Shown piece by piece: positions 32,327 to 39,292 of a stretch of 39,292 nt of DNA (its first letter is position 1; each line of letters opens with the position of its first letter). The DNA is from Octopus bimaculoides (lineage: Eukaryota), in assembly GCF_001194135.2 (NCBI RefSeq), contig NC_068981.1, positions 135,271,843 through 135,311,134 on the forward strand, read 5' to 3'. The notes under the pieces are model-generated. The model was not told the origin of the DNA. It searched no databases and saw nothing but the letters and a program-made list of their open reading frames with translations. The position numbers and the translations under genes were made by a program.

Positions 32327-35300
32327 AGTTCCACAATAACATACATTCAGTACACTCTGCAAAGTAGTTGGTGTGAGGAAGGACAACCAATCAAAAAAAC
32401 CCTGCCAAAAGTGGAACATAGAAGCAAAACAGAGTCATAGATTTCAACCCAGCCAAGAGAGGAGTAACTTCAAATGCAAATGACATTCTGTTCAGAATTA
32501 CTATGCCAAATACACCAGTAAGTTGAATGCTTGATGGAATGTCTTAGCCATTTACAAATTACTGTGATAACCCATCCAACACATACCAGACTAGAAACCA
32601 GACATAATTGATAATGATGATGAAATGATATGAGAGAAATTGCTTAATTTGTTATTTTGAATATAACAAAGATTAAATTTATTAATGTTTCTAGAGAAAA
32701 CACAATAGACTATTTTGTGTAAATGTATATGTATTTGGTAATGGTGATGGGGAGAATTTGCTTTGCAGCCATTGTTCAAAGTCTGTGTTTGGATGGCACA
32801 ATTTTTGTTGGAACAATTGCTTTTACAGATGGATGACCTTCTGACTGCTAACTACTCAACCATGAAATAGGGTGGAACCTGGTTTATATCAGTCAGATAA
32901 ACTGAAAAAGAGAAGAGTTATGTGCCTTGGTTAGTCTCACAATACTACGGCTGTAATGCTCTGGCTTGGTCTCATTACCATGTTATCTGTAGTCTGGTAC
33001 CTTCACTGTCTTTCTGTTTCCCCTGACAAATCTCTCTAGGCTTATTTAATAGAAACATGACTGGGGTAAACCTTGTAGTCAAACCTCCATGCCAGGCAGG
33101 GTGGATATGTCTTGGTCATGACTAATGTGGCATGGGTATGGATGACTGGCATAATACCAAGACTAGATTTTGGTATCCCCTCTTGAGAGTAATCATGGAC
33201 TAGATTGGTTGGGCTGGGGAGCCATAAAACCGCTTAGGAGAAGGTAACTCTACTTTCAATTCCCAGGTAGATGGAGCTTGTGAGCATGGGCAGTACTGTC
33301 ATTGTCTAATACAAAGGAACCCTGACAGAAAACCAGCACTCCCACTTTAGATTCTGAAGGTTGGGCATTAGGCTAACCACATAATCATAAAAAAAAAAAA
33401 TTCTGATTTCAGAAACTTCAAACACTCAAAAGAATCTACAACACCTTGGAGAGGCAGTCTTTCCTAACCTGGAAAGAGAAGAAAGTGTGATGTGCTTGAG
33501 TGAAAGCCAAGAGAAAGCTCAGGTGCTGGTTTGACCATTTGAGTGTGTGGTTAGGAATTTTGGTTTGCAATCACACAATTTCATGTTTGATTTCATTGCA
33601 TGGAAGCTTAATTCAAAGACAGAGAAATTATGTCAAAGCTTTTTAGATTCTGCAAATGCTATTGGATTGCAGACCTAGTCCTCCACTGAGATTTGTATCT
33701 GTAAAGTGGTTGGTGTTAGGAAGGGCATCTAGTCATAGAAACCAAGCTCAAAATAGAACCTATGAGCAAGGCATGCTCCTTGATCAATCCAGCAGGGCAG
33801 TAATTCCAAAAACAAATGACCTGTCCAATCCATGCCAGCATGAAAATTGAACATAAAATGATGGCAATGATGATGGGAAATTGCTCTGGGCACCTTCCCT
33901 ACTGCAACAACCCATGAATTGTGATTTCTCTCTCCCTTTCTCCCCACCACCTCTTGGTCCCTGAGATCTTGCAAAAAGGTCATGGATACTACCCTTACTC
34001 TTCTAATGAAGATTACCCACCCCCACCACCATCACCGATGCAACCGTTTTTCCAATGAAAATAGATTCTTTTATCCTTTGCTTGTTTCAGTCATTGGACT
34101 GCAGCCATTCTGGGCTACCTCCTTGAATAATTTAGTAGAACAAATTGGCCCCAGTACTTATGTTATTTTAAAAATCTGATACCTATTCTATTGGTCCCTT
34201 TTGCTGAACTGCTGGTCAGACGAATAAATACAAATACAAACACACATATATGACAGGCTTCCACAAAATTTCCATCAACCAAATTCACTCATAAGGAATT
34301 GGTTAGCCTGGGGCAATAGTAGAAAACACTTGTCCAAGTTACTGTGCAGTGGGACTGAACCCAAAAACCGTGAGGCTACAATGCAGGCTTCTTAACCTCA
34401 CAGAGATGCTGGAGTCTTAGAGACGTAATTAATTTCGAAAACATTCAAACAATCTCACAATTGGAGTTGTTTTAGCTGTTGTTTAACCCCAGGTCAGTTC
34501 AAATGAAGCATGTTTTTTTTAATTCATGAGATCTGGTGCTATTTTCAATGTTAACTCACCCATATTCTTTTACAATCACTACCTTTATTGATTGGTTGCA
34601 TCATTCTCCTACAATAGCTATTGCTTGTTAGCTATTTTGATTTTATTTCCTCTGACTTCAATGTGAGTACTTAATATAGTGAAGAGTAACCTAATATTTA
34701 AAGACTTGGCATCCAGTTTGTACTATAGATTTCGTTTCAATAATTTCACTGATTGTCAAATTTTCTTACTCTTTTTTTTCTTTTCCCCCTTTTTTTTTTA
34801 TTTTTTAACACTGAACTATTACAAAAACATCTAAATCAATGCTTTAAGTCATTGATCTATTGTTGGCATTACTACCACTCACTTCTGAGTTACTGTACAT
34901 TTGCTCTGTGTTTAGTATATATAAAAAAATGTCTTTAAGAAATGGTTCAATTTATATCTACATAGACAGTTGGTTAAAAAGTTCATTTTGAAATCATGGG
35001 GTTTAGGATTCAGTCCCACTGTGCAAACACCAATGTACCTAGTGAGTGAATTTAGTAGATGGAAACTGTACAAAGCCCAGTATATCATCATCATCATTTA
35101 ACATCTGCTTTCCATGATGGTATAGGTTGGAGGGTTTGTCAGGAGGTGGTGAGCCTGAAGACTGTGCCAAGCTCCAAAGTTGCTTTGGCAGGATTTCTAT
35201 GGTTAGATGCCCTTCCTAACGTCAACGACATTACAATGTATTGGTTGCTCTTTATGTGGCACCAACACGTGTGAATTTATCAGGTAACTTGCAAGACAAT

Positions 35301-35395
35301 GAGGGGTTGTAGTATTGAGGGATATGGCTTTATACCAGGTAGCCCATGCCAGTATGGAAATGGGCAATATATATATATGTACATGTGTATACTCA

Positions 35396-35679
35396 TTTTT
35401 TTTACTCTTTTACTTGTTTTAGTCATTTGACTGTGGCCATGCTGGAGCACCACCTTTAGTCGAGCAAATCGACCCCAGGACTTATTCTTTGGAAGCCTAG
35501 TACTTATTCTATCGGTCTCTTTTGCCGAACCGCTAAGTTATGGGGACGTAAACACACCAGCATCGGTTGTCAAGCGATGTTGGGGGGGACAAACACAGAC
35601 ACGCAAACATATACACACTCGCATACATACATATATACGACGGGCTTCTTTCAGTTTCCGTCTACCAAATCCACTCACA
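35396..35679 (-). mobile_element. SINE tail type 1 and part of core, running into the gap
   Basis: ttttacttgttttagtcatttgactgtggcc...cgggcttctttcagtttccgtctaccaaatccactcac. Confidence 0.9.
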
Positions 35680-36570
35680 NNNNNNNNNNNNNNNNNNNNN
35701 NNNNNNNNNNNNNNNNNNNNNNNNNNNNNNNNNNNNNNNNNNNNNNNNNNNNNNNNNNNNNNNNNNNNNNNNNNNNNNNNNNNNNNNNNNNNNNNNNNNN
35801 NNNNNNNNNNNNNNNNNNNNNNNNNNNNNNNNNNNNNNNNNNNNNNNNNNNNNNNNNNNNNNNNNNNNNNNNNNNNNNNNNNNNNNNNNNNNNNNNNNNN
35901 NNNNNNNNNNNNNNNNNNNNNNNNNNNNNNNNNNNNNNNNNNNNNNNNNNNNNNNNNNNNNNNNNNNNNNNNNNNNNNNNNNNNNNNNNNNNNNNNNNNN
36001 NNNNNNNNNNNNNNNNNNNNNNNNNNNNNNNNNNNNNNNNNNNNNNNNNNNNNNNNNNNNNNNNNNNNNNNNNNNNNNNNNNNNNNNNNNNNNNNNNNNN
36101 NNNNNNNNNNNNNNNNNNNNNNNNNNNNNNNNNNNNNNNNNNNNNNNNNNNNNNNNNNNNNNNNNNNNNNNNNNNNNNNNNNNNNNNNNNNNNNNNNNNN
36201 NNNNNNNNNNNNNNNNNNNNNNNNNNNNNNNNNNNNNNNNNNNNNNNNNNNNNNNNNNNNNNNNNNNNNNNNNNNNNNNNNNNNNNNNNNNNNNNNNNNN
36301 NNNNNNNNNNNNNNNNNNNNNNNNNNNNNNNNNNNNNNNNNNNNNNNNNNNNNNNNNNNNNNNNNNNNNNNNNNNNNNNNNNNNNNNNNNNNNNNNNNNN
36401 NNNNNNNNNNNNNNNNNNNNNNNNNNNNNNNNNNNNNNNNNNNNNNNNNNNNNNNNNNNNNNNNNNNNNNNNNNNNNNNNNNNNNNNNNNNNNNNNNNNN
36501 NNNNNNNNNNNNNNNNNNNNNNNNNNNNNNNNNNNNNNNNNNNNNNNNNNNNNNNNNNNNNNNNNNNNNN
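35680..36570. other. Assembly gap (N run)
   Basis: Uninterrupted Ns. Confidence 1.
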
Positions 36571-36581
36571 GTATATGTATG

Positions 36582-36619
<38 letters not shown>

Positions 36620-36789
36620 CGTGCGTGTGTGTGTGTGTATATTTATATAGAGAGAGTTTTTGAAGTGATGCATAGATATTGTATATTTAGAATAATGTTG
36701 GATGATTATATGTATATTTTTTTTATTTATTTACATCTTGTTTACATTTTTAGTGCTTTCTTCCATTATCAGAAAGCACTACACTGATA

Positions 36790-38055
36790 TTACTGAGAGC
36801 CTCCTCTAATATGTGGCACTTGGTGAAAAATGGAGTTTGATGTAGCTATCCTCATTTGCACCTCTTGCTGCAGATGTGCAACATCGCTGGGGTTCTGTAT
36901 TTTCTGCAAGACTTTCATATTATCTGCATTGCTAGAAAGGGTGGCTATCCAGGCAGCTTGGAGGCATATCTGAGAGGGCCACTATGAAAAGCAGTGGTCT
37001 CAAGAGAGTGCCCTGTGGAACACTGCTTACTATTTATGCTTTCATTGAGGTGGCTCATTTGGCCACTACTTCCTAACTTCTATCTTTCAGAAAGTCATGC
37101 AACCACTCTCCAAGTTTTCCAGCTATGCTGAGATCATGCAGTTTGTGGCATATCATACCATGATCCACTTTGTCAAAAGCTTTTGCAAAATCAAGGTATA
37201 TTACGTCCATATTTGAGTTGTTGAATAACTGCCTCAACACCCAGTCATAATGTTGTAAGAGCTGGGTCAGGCAGCTCCTACCTAGTTGAAAGCCATGCTG
37301 GGTATCCCTCAGCAAGTTATTTTCTTCAAGGAATGTGATTAGTTTCCCTCTGACTAACTGTTCCATGACTTTGCTGATGTGTGAAGTCAGAGAGATAGGT
37401 CTATAGTCTTTGGCATCTGCTCTGCTTCCCCCTTTATGGATTGGGCATATTATTCTCTCCTGCAGCTTGCTTGGCAGCCTGCCATTTGCAAGAAACCTCT
37501 GAAAGAGAATATGGAGGGGTTTTGCCAGGACACGCTTACACATCATGAACGATGCCCATATTGTTCGTGAAGCACAGATCCAAAATGCTATTTGCCCTAG
37601 TTGGTCTCAGTACAACTTGCTCCATGAATAGAGCATTGGTGAGGTTGAGCAGGGACTCCACCTGTGCTTGTTTGCAATGAGTCATTCGTGAGAGCATGAG
37701 ACCTTTGAGCCATTTGAAGTTGGGGAAGTTGAAATCAGCAATAAAAATATGTTCACATGGTGTTCCAATTGCATGAGGATTTCTTTAATTCTTGTGAGAC
37801 AATCTTGAAACTTGCCTATGTGGTTTGGAGCATCTGGTGGGCAATATGTAATGCGTATGACTATATTGTGTTGTCTTATGTATACAATTAAAGTGTCACA
37901 TACTGAATTTAAGTATGACAGTAAGACCTGGGGTGTGAGGTCATCACGGATGTATACAGCAACTCCACCATGGCTCCTTTCTCTTCTGTCTGTTCGCAGT
38001 ATGGCATATTTTGACATGTGTACTTCTACATCCTCTATATCAGGGCTGTATTAGT
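36790..38055 (-). pseudogene. CR1-clade LINE ORF2 relic: APE endonuclease fragment joined to RT fragment
   Basis: APE: AILRTDRRERSHGGVAVYIR...VLRPTRANSILDLCFTNN. RT: PIHKGGSRADAKDYRPISLTSHISKVME...QHGFQLGRSCLTQLL...DVIYLDFAKAFDKVDH...SVPQGTLLRPLLF...SNADNMKV. Confidence 0.95.
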
Positions 38056-39019
38056 GTTAGTGTGTGTGTGTGTGTTAATGTTTACATTCAATACTCACAC
38101 AAAAAAATCTCTGAGGTATGAATAGTGAGTTCTGTCGACATTTCTCTGTCAATAAATCCTCCTGTAGCTCTGCCCTTTTGATGACAAGCAGAAGGAAAAC
38201 TCCTTTACTTGAGAAACAGTTAAAGGTTAACAACATGAAGGGCATTTGCCTGTAAAAACAATGCCTCAACGATATATTTTCATCTAATCTATGCTGGCAT
38301 GGAAATATGGACATAAAAAAATGAACAAACAAATGAATGAATTCTTTAGTTTAAACTCTGCTCTTATTATTTTACTCAACGGGACAACATTTTCACTCAT
38401 TAAAAAAATGTAATTTCCACATTATATTTTCAATGTGACTAAATGTTTTGATATATACATATACAGTAATGCCTTGATATATGAGTTAAATTGTTTCCAG
38501 AGACCACTCGTAAAGCAGAGCAATAATTGTCTACAGTAGCAATGAAATTTTATACTATCATTTTACTCCATTGCTGTGTAGGCGCATCAGAACCAGTGTT
38601 GCCACATACAAAATGGCTGTTTAACCTTTTACATTTATAAAATAAAACTTGTAAGCCCGGGGTCTTGTAAAGCAGGTCCTTGAAAAATGAGGTATTACTC
38701 TACTTACATACATACGTACGTATGTATATACATACATATGTTTATACACACACATATATATATATATATTGAGGAGAGGGTTGTTCCCAGTGATCTTTAT
38801 ATTAAAGGTATTCTATAAACAGAGATAACATTGTATGGCAAGGAAAATAGTTGTTGAAATAAAAACATTTCAAACAGGTATAATCACCCTGATTTTTTGT
38901 TGTCACAAATGCTCTGCTATGCAAGCATTCAACACTCATAAGTTATGAGAAGTATATATATTTATAGTTAACCTATATTGTTCTGTTATTGTTCTTATAT
39001 ATATATATATATATATATA

Positions 39020-39292
39020 TTGCTTAATAAAGAGAATGAATGGGAGAAAGAGAGCCTGCCGTATGTCGACCCAATAGAGGGAGATAGTACCAGGGTAGAT
39101 AAAGCAATTAAGAGTATGAAGACCGGGAAAGCCCCCGGCCCATCAGGAATCACTGCAGAGATGCTCAAAATATCTGGCAGTGTTGGCTATAGCCTAGTCA
39201 CCCGTATTACGAACCAGGTGATACACGAAGGAGTCATACCCAATGACTGGTGTAGCAGCATCATAGTCAACTGCTACAAAGGTAAAGGTGAC
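39020..39292 (+). CDS. 5'-truncated RTE ORF; start of RT domain, open to the window edge
   Basis: 91 open codons: LLNKENEWEKESLPYVDPIEGDSTRVDKAIKSMKTGKAPGPSGITAEMLKISGSVGYSLVTRITNQVIHEGVIPNDWCSSIIVNCYKGKGD (KAPGP and P.DW..S.IV..YKGKGD motifs). Confidence 0.92.
   Translation, partial: MLNKENEWEKESLPYVDPIEGDSTRVDKAIKSMKTGKAPGPSGITAEMLKISGSVGYSLVTRITNQVIHEGVIPNDWCSSIIVNCYKGKGD

Overview
Eukaryotic, AT-rich, microsatellite-rich, transposon-saturated DNA with three assembly gaps (8794-9242, 26176-26563, 35680-36570). The repeat families look like those of an octopus (cephalopod) genome; this is recalled, not verified. I found no supportable host protein-coding exon, true tRNA/rRNA gene or CRISPR array. 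Content: (1) the 5' end of a young-looking L1/Tx1-like LINE on the minus strand, with an open 140-codon ORF1 start at 420 running off the window edge (absent from the ORF track); its 5' end abuts a 19-nt SINE A-box stub, and part of its 5' UTR is copied nearby in inverted orientation at about 98% identity inside a SINE. (2) Dozens of tRNA-derived SINEs built from interchangeable head, core and tail modules. (3) RTE, CR1 and probable Penelope retroelement fragments, including a hammerhead-like relic. (4) DNA transposon relics: a truncated mariner, a mariner MITE, a rosa/DD41D-like deletion derivative, two neighbouring Charlie-type hAT MITEs, and a hAT derivative with ~370-bp inverted ends and an in-frame GT-AG intron. 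(5) Several near-perfect palindromes. All alignments and identities were done by eye.
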